The notes beneath the pieces are model-generated. The model was not told where the DNA came from and ran no database searches. It was given only the letters and a program-made list of their open reading frames with translations. The position numbers and the translations under genes were made by a program. From Eledone cirrhosa (Eukaryota), in assembly GCA_964016885.1 (NCBI GenBank), contig OZ024741.1:209312001-209376000 (forward strand): DNA of 64,000 bases, given 5' to 3'. This document shows, one piece after another, positions 37,301 to 51,100 of the stretch. How positions within the stretch are numbered: position 1 is the stretch's first letter; each line of letters opens with the position of its first letter.

Positions 37301-40300
37301 CCGTAAAATAACGAGTGGTGGCTGCGTAAAATAATGAATTACGCACGAAAATGAGAAAATTTCGATTCTCGATCGTGGGCCGGCCGGATGTCGGATCGAT
37401 TCGTAAATACAAGGATAATGTGCGGACACTCCTTGGCTGCGTGCGGCATGATTTTCAGGACGATATCTCCGTAAAATCAAGAGTTGATAACCCCAACTTA
37501 ACTTAACCCCAACTTAACTTAACCGCAACTTAACTTAACCGCAACCTAACTTAACCCCAACTTAACTTAACCGCAACCTAACTTAACCCCAACTTAACTT
37601 AACCGCAACTTAACTTAACCCCAACCTAACTTAACCCCAACTTAACTTAACCGCAACTTAACTTAACCGCAACCTAACTTAACCCTAACTTAACTTAACC
37701 GCAACTTAACTTAACCGCAACTTAGCTTAACCCCAACCCTTGGTGGGATCGATCTGTAATTACTGGTACATGTGCAGACACTCATTGGCTGTGTGTGGCC
37801 TGATTTTAAGAAAGATATCTCCGTAAAATAACGAGTGGTGGCTGCGTAAATAATGAATTACGCACGAATATGAGAAAATTTCGATTCTCGATCGTGGGCC
37901 GGCCGGATGTCGGATCGATTCGTAAATACAAGGATAATGTGCGGACACTCCTTGCCTGTGTGCCGCATGATTTTCAGGACGATATCTCCGTAAAATCAAG
38001 AGTTGATAACCCCAACTTAACTTAACCCCAACTTAACTTAACCGCAACTTAACTTAACCGCAACCTAACTTAACCCCAACTTAACTTAACCGCAACCTAA
38101 CTTAACCCCAACTTAACTTAACCGCAACTTAACTTAACCCCAACCTAACTTAACCCCAACTTAACTTAACCGCAACTTAACTTAACCGCAACCTAACTTA
38201 ACCCCAACTTAACTTAACCGCAACTTAACTTAACCGCAACTTAGCTTAACCCCAACCCTTGGTGGGATCGATCTGTAATTACTGGTACATGTGCAGACAC
38301 TCATTGGCTGTGTGTGGCCTGATTTTCAGAAAGATATCTCCGTAAAATAACGAGTGGTGGCTGCGTAAAATAATGAATTACGCACGAAAATGAGAAAATT
38401 TCGATTCTCGATCGTGGGCCGGCCGGATGTCGGATCGATTCGTAAATACAAGGATAATGTGCGGACACTCCTTGCCTGTGAGCCGCATGATTTTCAGGAC
38501 GATATCTCCGTAAAATCAAGAGTTGATAACCCCAACTTAACTTAACCCCAACTTAACTTAACCGCAACTTAACTTAACCGCAACCTAACTGAACCCCAAC
38601 TTAACTTAACCGCAACCTAACTTAACCCCAACTTAACTTAACCGCAACTTAACTTAACCCCAACCTAACTTAACCCCAACTTAACTTAACGGCAACTTAA
38701 CTTAACCGCAACCTAACTTAACCCCAACTTAACTTAACCGCAACTTAACTTAACCGCAACTTAGCTTAACCCCAACCCTTGGTGGGATCGATCTGTAATT
38801 ACTGGTACATGTGCAGACACTCATTGGCTGTGTGTGGTGGCCTGATTTTCAGAAAGATATCTCCGTAAAATAACGAGTGGTGGCTGCGTAAAATAATGAA
38901 TTACGCACGAAAATGAGAAAATTTCGATTCTCGATCGTGGGCCGGCCGGATGTCGGATCGATTCGTAAATACAAGGATAATGTGCGGACACTCCTTGGCT
39001 GTGTGCGGCATGATTTTCAGGACGATATCTCCGTAAAATCAAGAGTTGATAACCCCAACTTAACTTAACCGCAACTTAACTTAACCGCAACCTAACTTAA
39101 CCCTAACTTAACTTAACCGCAACTTAACTTAACCGCAACTTAGCTTAACCCCAACCCTTGGTGGGATCGATCTGTAATTACTGGTACATGTGCAGACACT
39201 CATTGGCTGTGTGTGGCCTGATTTTAAGAAAGATATCTCCGTAAAATAACGAGTGGTGGCTGCGTAAAATAATGAATTACGCACGAAAATGAGAAAATTT
39301 CGATTCTCGATCGTGGGCCGGCCGGATGTCGGATCGATTCGTAAATACAAGGATAATGTGCGGACACTCCTTGCCTGTGTGCCGCATGATTTTCAGGACG
39401 ATATCTCCGTAAAATCAAGAGTTGATAACCCCAACTTAACTTAACCCCAACTTAACTTAACCGCAACTTAACTTAACCGCAACCTAACTTAACCCCAACT
39501 TAACTTAACCGCAACCTAACTTAACCCCAACTTAACTTAACCGCAACTTAACTTAACCCCAACCTAACTTAACCCCAACTTAACTTAACCGCAACTTAAC
39601 TTAACCGCAACCTAACTTAACCCCAACTTAACTTAACCGCAACTTAACTTAACCGCAACTTAGCTTAACCCCAACCCTTGGTGGCATCGATCTGTAATTA
39701 CTGGTACATGTGCAGACACTCATTGGCTGCGTGTGGCCTGATTTTCAGAAAGATATCTCCGTAAAATAACGAGTGGTGGCTGCGTAAAATAATGAATTAC
39801 GCACGAAAATGAGAAAATTTCGATTCTCGATCGTGGGCCGGCCGGATGTCGGATCGATTCGTAAATACAAGGATAATGTGCGGACACTCCTTGCCTGTGA
39901 GCCGCATGATTTTCAGGACGATATCTCCGTAAAATCAAGAGTTGATAACCCCAACTTAACTTAACCCCAACTTAACTTAACCGCAACTTAACTTAACCGC
40001 AACCTAACTGAACCCCAACTTAACTTAACCGCAACCTAACTTAACCCCAACTTAACTTAACCGCAACTTAACTTAACCCCAACCTAACTTAACCCCAACT
40101 TAACTTAACGGCAACTTAACTTAACCGCAACCTAACTTAACCACAACTTAACTTAACCGCAACTTAACTTAACCGCAACTTAGCTTAACCCCAACCCTTG
40201 GTGGGATCGATCTGTAATTACTGGTACATGTGCAGACACTCATTGGCTGTGTGTGGCCTGATTTTAAGAAAGATATCTCCGTAAAATAACGAGTGGTGGC

Positions 40301-42130
40301 TGCGTAAATAATGAATTACGCACGAATATGAGAAAATTTCGATTCTCGATCGTGGGCCGGCCGGATGTCGGATCGATTCGTAAATACAAGGATAATGTGC
40401 GGACACTCCTTGCCTGTGTGCCGCATGATTTTCAGGACGATATCTCCGTAAAATCAAGAGTTGATAACCCCAACTTAACTTAACCCCAACTTAATTTAAC
40501 CGCAACTTAACTTAACCGCAACCTAACTTAACCCCAACTTAACTTAACCGCAACCTAACTTAACCCCAACTTAACTTAACCGCAACTTAACTTAACCCCA
40601 ACCTAACTTAACCCCAACTTAACTTAACCGCAACTTAACTTAACCGCAACCTAACTTAACCCCAACTTAACTTAACCGCAACTTAACTTAACCGCAACTT
40701 AGCTTAACCCCAACCCTTGGTGGGATCGATCTGTAATTACTGGTACATGTGCAGACACTCATTGGCTGTGTGTGGCCTGATTTTCAGAAAGATATCTCCG
40801 TAAAATAACGAGTGGTGGCTGCGTAAAATAATGAATTACGCACGAAAATGAGAAAATTTCGATTCTCGATCGTGGGCCGGCCGGATGTCGGATCGATTCG
40901 TAAATACAAGGATAATGTGCGGACACTCCTTGCCTGTGAGCCGCATGATTTTCAGGACGATATCTCCGTAAAATCAAGAGTTGATAACCCCAACTTAACT
41001 TAACCCCAACTTAACTTAACCGCAACTTAACTTAACCGCAACCTAACTGAACCCCAACTTAACTTAACCGCAACCTAACTTAACCCCAACTTAACTTAAC
41101 CGCAACTTAACTTAACCCCAACCTAACTTAACCCCAACTTAACTTAACGGCAACTTAACTTAACCGCAACCTAACTTAACCCCAACTTAACTTAACCGCA
41201 ACTTAACTTAACCGCAACTTAGCTTAACCCCAACCCTTGGTGGGATCGATCTGTAATTACTGGTACATGTGCAGACACTCATTGGCTGTGTGTGGTGGCC
41301 TGATTTTCAGAAAGATATCTCCGTAAAATAACGAGTGGTGGCTGCGTAAAATAATGAATTACGCACGAAAATGAGAAAATTTCGATTCTCGATCGTGGGC
41401 CGGCCGTATGTCGGATCGATTCGTTAATACAAGGATAATGTGCGGACACTCCTTGCCTGTGTGCCGCATGATTTTCAGGACGATATCTCCGTAAAATCAA
41501 GAGTTGATAACCCCAACTTAACTTAACCCCAACTTAACTTAACCGCAACTTAACTTAACCGCAACCTAACTTAACCCCAACTTAACTTAACCGCAACCTA
41601 ACTTAACCCCAACTTAACTTAACCGCAACTTAACTTAACCCCAACCTAACTTAACCCCAACTTAACTTAACCGCAACTTAACTTAACCGCAACCTAACTT
41701 AACCCCAGCTTAAATTAACCGCAACTTAACTTAACCGCAACTTAACTTAACCCCAACCCTTGGTGGGATCGATCTGTAATTACTGGTACATGTGCAGACA
41801 CTCATTGGCTGTGTGTGGCCTGATTTTCAGAAAGATATCTCCGTAAAATAACGAGTGGTGGCTGCGTAAAATAATGAATTACGCACGAAAATGAGAAAAT
41901 TTCGATTCTCGATCGTGGGCCGGCCGGATGTCGGATCGATTCGTAAATACAAGGATAATGTGCGGACACTCCTTGGCTGTGTGCGGCATGATTTTCAGGA
42001 CGATATCTCCGTAAAATCAAGAGTTGATAACCCCAACTTAACTTAACCGCAACTTAACTTAACCGCAACCTAACTTAACCCTAACTTAACTTAACCGCAA
42101 CTTAACTTAACCGCAACTTAGCTTAACCCC

Positions 42131-45100
42131 AACCCTTGGTGGGATCGATCTGTAATTACTGGTACATGTGCAGACACTCATTGGCTGTGTGTGGCCTGAT
42201 TTTAAGAAAGATATCTCCGTAAAATAACGAGTGGTGGCTGCGTAAAATAATGAATTACGCACGAAAATGAGAAAATTTCGATTCTCGATCGTGGGCCGGC
42301 CGGATGTCGGATCGATTCGTAAATACAAGGATAATGTGCGGACACTCCTTGCCTGTGTGCCGCATGATTTTCAGGACGATATCTCCGTAAAATCAAGAGT
42401 TGATAACCCCAACTTAACTTAACCCCAACTTAACTTAACCGCAACTTAACTTAACCGCAACCTAACTTAACCCCAACTTAACTTAACCGCAACCTAACTT
42501 AACCCCAACTTAACTTAACCGCAACTTAACTTAACCCCAACCTAACTTAACCCCAACTTAACTTAACCGCAACTTAACTTAACCGCAACCTAACTTAACC
42601 CCAACTTAACTTAACCGCAACTTAACTTAACCGCAACTTAGCTTAACCCCAACCCTTGGTGGCATCGATCTGTAATTACTGGTACATGTGCAGACACTCA
42701 TTGGCTGCGTGTGGCCTGATTTTCAGAAAGATATCTCCGTAAAATAACGAGTGGTGGCTGCGTAAAATAATGAATTACGCACGAAAATGAGAAAATTTCG
42801 ATTCTCGATCGTGGGCCGGCCGGATGTCGGATCGATTCGTAAATACAAGGATAATGTGCGGACACTCCTTGCCTGTGAGCCGCATGATTTTCAGGACGAT
42901 ATCTCCGTAAAATCAAGAGTTGATAACCCCAACTTAACTTAACCCCAACTTAACTTAACCGCAACTTAACTTAATCGCAACCTAACTGAACCCCAACTTA
43001 ACTTAACCGCAACCTAACTTAACCCCAACTTAACTTAACCGCAACTTAACTTAACCCCAACCTAACTTAACCCCAACTTAACTTAACGGCAACTTAACTT
43101 AACCGCAACCTAACTTAACCACAACTTAACTTAACCGCAACTTAACTTAACCGCAACTTAGCTTAACCCCAACCCTTGGTGGGATCGATCTGTAATTACT
43201 GGTACATGTGCAGACACTCATTGGCTGTGTGTGGTGGCCTGATTTTCAGAAAGATATCTCCGTAAAATAACGAGTGGTGGCTGCGTAAAATAATGAATTA
43301 CGCACGAAAATGAGAAAATTTCGATTCTCGATCGTGGGCCGGCCGGATGTCGGATCGATTCGTTAATACAAGGATAATGTACGGACACTCCTTGCCTGTG
43401 TGCAGCATGATTTTCAGGACGATATCTCCGTAAAATCAAGAGTTGATAACCCCAACTTAACTTAACCCCAACTTAACTTAACCGCAACTTAACTTAACCG
43501 CAACCTAACTTAACCCCAACTTAACTTAACCGCAACCTAACTTAACCCCGACTTAACTTAACCGCAACTTAACTTAACCCCAACCTAACTTAACCCCAAC
43601 TCAACTTAACCGCAACTTAACTTAACCGCAACCTAACTTAACCCCAGCTTAACTTAACCGCAACTTAACTTAACCGCAACTTAGCTTAACCCCAACCCTT
43701 GGTGGGATCGATCTGTAATTACTGGTACATGTGCAGACTCTCATTGGCTGTGTGTGGCCTGATTTTCAGAAAGATATCTCCGTAAAATAACGAGTGGTGG
43801 CTGCGTAAAATAATGAATTACGCAGGAAAATGAGAAAATTTCGATTCTCGATCGTGGGCCGGCCGGATGTCGGATCGATTCGTAAATACAAGGATAATGT
43901 GCGGACACTCCTTGGCTGTGTGCGGCATGATTTTCAGGACGATATCTCCGTAAAATCAAGAGTTGATAACCCCAACTTAACTTAACCCCAACTTAACTTA
44001 ACCGCAACTTAACTTAACCGCAACCTAACTTAACCCCAACTTAACTTAACCGCAACCTAACTTAACCCAAACTTAACTTAACCGCAACTTAACTTAACCC
44101 CAACCTAACTTAACCCCAACTTAACTTAACCGCAACTTAACTTAACCGCAACATAACTTAACCCCAACTTAACTTAACCGCAACTTAACCCCAACTTAGC
44201 TTAACCCCAACCCTTGGTGGGATCGATCTGTAATTACTGGTACATGTGCAGACACTCATTGGCTGTGTGTGGCCTGATTTTCAGAAAGATATCTCCGTAA
44301 AATAACGAGTGGTGGCTGCGTAAAATAATGAATTACGCACGAAAATGAGAAAATTTCGATTCTCGATCGTGGGCCGGCCGGATGTCGGATCGATTCGTAA
44401 ATACAAGGATAATGTGCGGACACTCCTTGGCTGTGTGCGGCATAATTTTCAGGACGATATCTCCGTAAAATCAAGAGTTGATAACCCCAACTTAACTTAA
44501 CCCCAACTTAACTTAACCGCAACTTAACTTAACCGCAACCTAACTTAACCCCAACTTAACTTAACCGCAACCTAACTTAACCCCAACTTAACTTAACCGC
44601 AACTTAACTTAACCCCAACCTAACTTAACCCCAACTTAACTTAACCGCAACTTAACTTAACCGCAACCTAACTTAACCCCAACTTAACTTAACCGCAACT
44701 TAACTTAACCGCAACTTAGCTTAACCCCAACCCTTGGTGGGATCGATCTGTAATTACTGGTATATGTGCAGACACTCATTGGCTGTGTGTGGCCTGATTT
44801 TCAGAAAGATATCTCCGTAAAATAACGAGTGGTGGCTGCGTAAAATAATGAATTACGCACGAAAATGAGAAAATTTCGATTCTCGATCGTGGGCCGGCCG
44901 GATGTCGGATCGATTCGTAAATACAAGGATAATGTGCGGACACTCCTTGGCTGTGTGCGGCATGATTTTCAGGACGATATCTCCGTAAAATCAAGAGTTG
45001 ATAACCCCAACTTAACTTAACCTCAACTTAACTTAACCGCAACTTAACTTAACCGCAACCTAACTTAACCCCAACTTAACTTAACCGCAACCTAACTTAA

Positions 45101-48100
45101 CCCCAACTTAACTTAACCGCAACTTAACTTAACCCCAACCTAACTTAACTCCAACTTAACTTAACCGCAACTTAACTTAACCGCAACCTAACTTAACCCC
45201 AACTTAATTTAACCGCAACTTAACTTAACCGCAACTTAGCTTAACCCCAACCCTTGGTGGGATCGATCTGTAATTACTGGTACATGTGCAGACACTCATT
45301 GGCTGTGTGTGGCCTGATTTTCAGAAAGATATCTCCGTAAAATAACGAGTGGTCGCTGCGTAAAATAATGAATTACGCACGAAAATGAGAAAATTTCGAT
45401 TCTCGATCGTCGGCCGGCCGGATGTCGGATCGATTCGTAAATACAAGGATAATGTGCGGACACTCCTTGGCTGTGTGCGGCATGATTTTCAGGACGATAT
45501 CTCCGTAAAATCAAGAGTTGATAACCCCAACTTAACTTAACCCCAACTGAACTTAACCGCAACTTAACTCAACCCCAACTTAACTTAACCGCAACCTAAC
45601 TTAACCCCAACTTAACTTAACCGCAACTTAACTTAACCCCAACCTAACTTAACCCCAACTTAACTTAACCGCAACTTAACTTAACCGCAACCTAACTTAA
45701 CCCCAACTTAACTTAACCGCAACTTAACTTAACCGCAACTTAGCTTAACCCCAACCCTTGGTGGGATCGATCTGTAATTAGTGGTACATGTGCAGACACT
45801 CATTGGCTGTGCGTGGCCTGATTTTCAGAAAGATATCTCCGTAAAATAACGAGTGGTGGCTGCGTAAAATAATGAATTACGCACGAAAATGAGAAAATTT
45901 AGATTCTCGATCGTGGGCCGGCCGGATGTCTGATCGATTCGTAAATACAAGGATAATGTGCGGACACTCCTTGGCTGTGTGTGGCATGATTTTCAGGACG
46001 ATATTTCCGTAAAATCAAGAGTTGATAACCCCAACTTAACTTAACCCCAACTTAACTTAACCCCAACTTAACTTAACCCCAACTTAACTTAACCGCAACT
46101 TAACTTAACCGCAACCTAACTTAACCCCAACTTAACTTAACCGCAACCTAACTTAACCACAACTTAACTTAACCGCAACTTAAATTAACCCCAACCTAAC
46201 TTAACCCCAACTTAACTTAACCGCAACTTAACTTAACGGCAACCTAACTTAACCCCAACTTAACTTAACCGCAACTTAACTTAACCGCAACTTAGCTTAA
46301 CCCCAACCCTTGGTGGGATCGATCTGTAATTACTGGTACATGTGCAGACACTCATTGGCTGTGTGTGGCCTGATTTTCAGAAAGATATCTCCGTAAAATA
46401 ACGAGTGGTGGCTGCGTAAAATAATGAATTACACACGAAAATGAGAAAATTTCGATTCTCGATCGTGGGCCGGCCGGATGTCGGATCGATTCGTAAATAC
46501 AAGGATAATGTGCGGACACTCCTTGGCTGTGTGCGGCATGATTTTCAGGACGATACCTCCGTAAAATCAAGAGTTGATAACCCCAACTTAACTTAACCCC
46601 AACTTAACTTAACCGCAACTTAACTTAACCGCAACCTAACTTAACCCCAACTTAACTTAACCGCAACCTAACTTAACCCCAACTTAGCTTAACCGCAACT
46701 TAACTTAACCCCGACCTAACTTAACCCCAACTTAACTTAACCGCAACTTAACTTAACCGCAACCTAACTTAACCCCAACTTAACTTAACCGCAACTTAAC
46801 TTAACCGCAACTTAGCTTAACCCCAACCCTTGGTGGGATCGATCTGTAATTACTGGTACATGTGCAGACACTCATTGGCTGTGTGTGGCCTGATTTTCAG
46901 AAAGATATCTCCGTAAAATAACGAGTGGTGGCTGCGTAAAATAATGAATTACGCACGAAAATGAGAAAATTTCGATTCTCGATCGTGGGCCGGCCGGATG
47001 TCGGATCGATTCGTAAATACAAGGATAATGTGCGGACACTCCTTGGCTGCGTGCGGCATGATTTTCAGGACGATATCTCCGTAAAATCAAGAGTTGATAA
47101 CCCCAACTTAACTTAACCCCAACTTAACTTAACCGCAACTTAACTTAACCGCAACCTAACTTAACCCCAACTTAACTTAACCGCAACCTAACTTAACCCC
47201 AACTTAACTTAACCGCAACTTAACTTAACCCCAACCTAACTTAACCCCAACTTAACTTAACCGCAACTTAACTTAACCGCAACCTAACTTAACCCTAACT
47301 TAACTTAACCGCAACTTAACTTAACCGCAACTTAGCTTAACCCCAACCCTTGGTGGGATCGATCTGTAATTACTGGTACATGTGCAGACACTCATTGGCT
47401 GTGTGTGGCCTGATTTTCAGAAAGATATCTCCGTAAAATAACGAGTGGTGGCTGCGTAAAATAATGAATTACGCACGAAAATGAGAAAATTTCGATTCTC
47501 GATCGTGGGCCGGCCGGATGTCGGATCGATTCGTAAATACAAGGATAATGTGCGGACACTCCTTGCCTGTGAGCCGCATGATTTTCAGGACGATATCTCC
47601 GTAAAATCAAGAGTTGATAACCCCAACTTAACTTAACCCCAACTTAACTTAACCGCAACTTAACTTAACCGCAACCTAACTGAACCCCAACTTAACTTAA
47701 CCGCAACCTAACTTAACCCCAACTTAACTTAACCGCAACTTAACTTAACCCCAACCTAACTTAACCCCAACTTAACTTAACGGCAACTTAACTTAACCGC
47801 AACCTAACTTAACCCCAACTTAACTTAACCGCAACTTAACTTAACCGCAACTTAGCTTAACCCCAACCCTTGGTGGGATCGATCTGTAATTACTGGTACA
47901 TGTGCAGACACTCATTGGCTGTGTGTGGCCTGATTTTCAGAAAGATATCTCCGTAAAATAACGAGTGGTGGCTGCGTAAAATAATGAATTACGCACGAAA
48001 ATGAGAAAATTTCGATTCTCGATCGTGGGCCGGCCGGATGTCGGATCGATTCGTAAATACAAGGATAATGTGCGGACACTCCTTGCCTGTGTGCCGCATG

Positions 48101-51100
48101 ATTTTCAGGACGATATCTCCGTAAAATCAAGAGTTGATAACCCCAACTTAACTTAACCCCAACTTAACTTAACCGCAACTTAACTTAACCGCAACCTAAC
48201 TTAACCCCAACTTAACTTAACCGCAACCTAACTTAACCCCAACTTAACTTAACCGCAACTTAACTTAACCCCAACCTAACTTAACCCCAACTTAACTTAA
48301 CCGCAACTTAACTTAACCGCAACCTAACTTAACCCCAGCTTAAATTAACCGCAACTTAACTTAACCGCAACTTAACTTAACCCCAACCCTTGGTGGGATC
48401 GATCTGTAATTACTGGTACATGTGCAGACACTCATTGGCTGTGTGTGGCCTGATTTTCAGAAAGATATCTCCGTAAAATAACGAGTGGTGGCTGCGTAAA
48501 ATAATGAATTACGCACGAAAATGAGAAAATTTCGATTCTCGATCGTGGGCCGGCCGGATGTCGGATCGATTCGTAAATACAAGGATAATGTGCGGACACT
48601 CCTTGGCTGTGTGCGGCATGATTTTCAGGACGATATCTCCGTAAAATCAAGAGTTGATAACCCCAACTTAACTTAACCGCAACTTAACTTAACCGCAACC
48701 TAACTTAACCCTAACTTAACTTAACCGCAACTTAACTTAACCGCAACTTAGCTTAACCCCAACCCTTGGTGGGATCGATCTGTAATTACTGGTACATGTG
48801 CAGACACTCATTGGCTGTGTGTGGCCTGATTTTAAGAAAGATATCTCCGTAAAATAACGAGTGGTGGCTGCGTAAAATAATGAATTATGCACGAAAATGA
48901 GAAAATTTCGATTCTCGATCGTGGGCCGGCCGGATGTCGGATCGATTCGTAAATACAAGGATAATGTGCGGACACTCCTTGCCTGTGTGCCGCATGATTT
49001 TCAGGACGATATCTCCGTAAAATCAAGAGTTGATAACCCCAACTTAACTTAACCCCAACTTAACTTAACCGCAACTTAACTTAACCGCAACCTAACTTAA
49101 CCCCAACTTAACTTAACCGCAACCTAACTTAACCCCAACTTAACTTAACCGCAACTTAACTTAACCCCAACCTAACTTAACCCCAACTTAACTTAACCGC
49201 AACTTAACTTAACCGCAACCTAACTTAACCCCAACTTAACTTAACCGCAACTTAACTTAACCGCAACTTAGCTTAACCCCAACCCTTGGTGGCATCGATC
49301 TGTAATTACTGGTACATGTGCAGACACTCATTGGCTGCGTGTGGCCTGATTTTCAGAAAGATATCTCCGTAAAATAACGAGTGGTGGCTGCGTAAAATAA
49401 TGAATTACGCACGAAAATGAGAAAATTTCGATTCTCGATCGTGGGCCGGCCGGATGTCGGATCGATTCGTAAATACAAGGATAATGTGCGGACACTCCTT
49501 GCCTGTGAGCCGCATGATTTTCAGGACGATATCTCCGTAAAATCAAGAGTTGATAACCCCAACTTAACTTAACCCCAACTTAACTTAACCGCAACTTAAC
49601 TTAACCGCAACCTAACTGAACCCCAACTTAACTTAACCGCAACCTAACTTAACCCCAACTTAACTTAACCGCAACTTAACTTAACCCCAACCTAACTTAA
49701 CCCCAACTTAACTTAACGGCAACTTAACTTAACCGCAACCTAACTTAACCACAACTTAACTTAACCGCAACTTAACTTAACCGCAACTTAGCTTAACCCC
49801 AACCCTTGGTGGGATCGATCTGTAATTACTGGTACATGTGCAGACACTCATTGGCTGTGTGTGGTGGCCTGATTTTCAGAAAGATATCTCCGTAAAATAA
49901 CGAGTGGTGGCTGCGTAAAATAATGAATTACGCACGAAAATGAGAAAATTTCGATTCTCGATCGTGGGCCGGCCGGATGTCGGATCGATTCGTTAATACA
50001 AGGATAATGTACGGACACTCCTTGCCTGTGTGCAGCATGATTTTCAGGACGATATCTCCGTAAAATCAAGAGTTGATAACCCCAACTTAACTTAACCCCA
50101 ACTTAACTTAACCGCAACTTAACTTAACCGCAACCTAACTTAACCCCAACTTAACTTAACCGCAACCTAACTTAACCCCGACTTAACTTAACCGCAACTT
50201 AACTTAACCCCAACCTAACTTAACCCCAACTCAACTTAACCGCAACTTAACTTAACCGCAACCTAACTTAACCCCAGCTTAACTTAACCGCAACTTAACT
50301 TAACCGCAACTTAGCTTAACCCCAACCCTTGGTGGGATCGATCTGTAATTACTGGTACATGTGCAGACTCTCATTGGCTGTGTGTGGCCTGATTTTCAGA
50401 AAGATATCTCCGTAAAATAACGAGTGGTGGCTGCGTAAAATAATGAATTACGCAGGAAAATGAGAAAATTTCGATTCTCGATCGTGGGCCGGCCGGATGT
50501 CGGATCGATTCGTAAATACAAGGATAATGTGCGGACACTCCTTGGCTGTGTGCGGCATGATTTTCAGGACGATATCTCCGTAAAATCAAGAGTTGATAAC
50601 CCCAACTTAACTTAACCCCAACTTAACTTAACCGCAACTTAACTTAACCGCAACCTAACTTAACCCCAACTTAACTTAACCGCAACCTAACTTAACCCAA
50701 ACTTAACTTAACCGCAACTTAACTTAACCCCAACCTAACTTAACCCCAACTTAACTTAACCGCAACTTAACTTAACCGCAACCTAACTTAACCCCAACTT
50801 AACTTAACCGCAACTTAACCCCAACTTAGCTTAACCCCAACCCTTGGTGGGATCGATCTGTAATTACTGGTACATGTGCAGACACTCATTGGCTGTGTGT
50901 GGCCTGATTTTCAGAAAGATATCTCCGTAAAATAACGAGTGGTGGCTGCGTAAAATAATGAATTACGCACGAAAATGAGAAAATTTCGATTCTCGATCGT
51001 GGGCCGGCCGGATGTCGGATCGATTCGTAAATACAAGGATAATGTGCGGACACTCCTTGGCTGTGTGCGGCATAATTTTCAGGACGATATCTCCGTAAAA

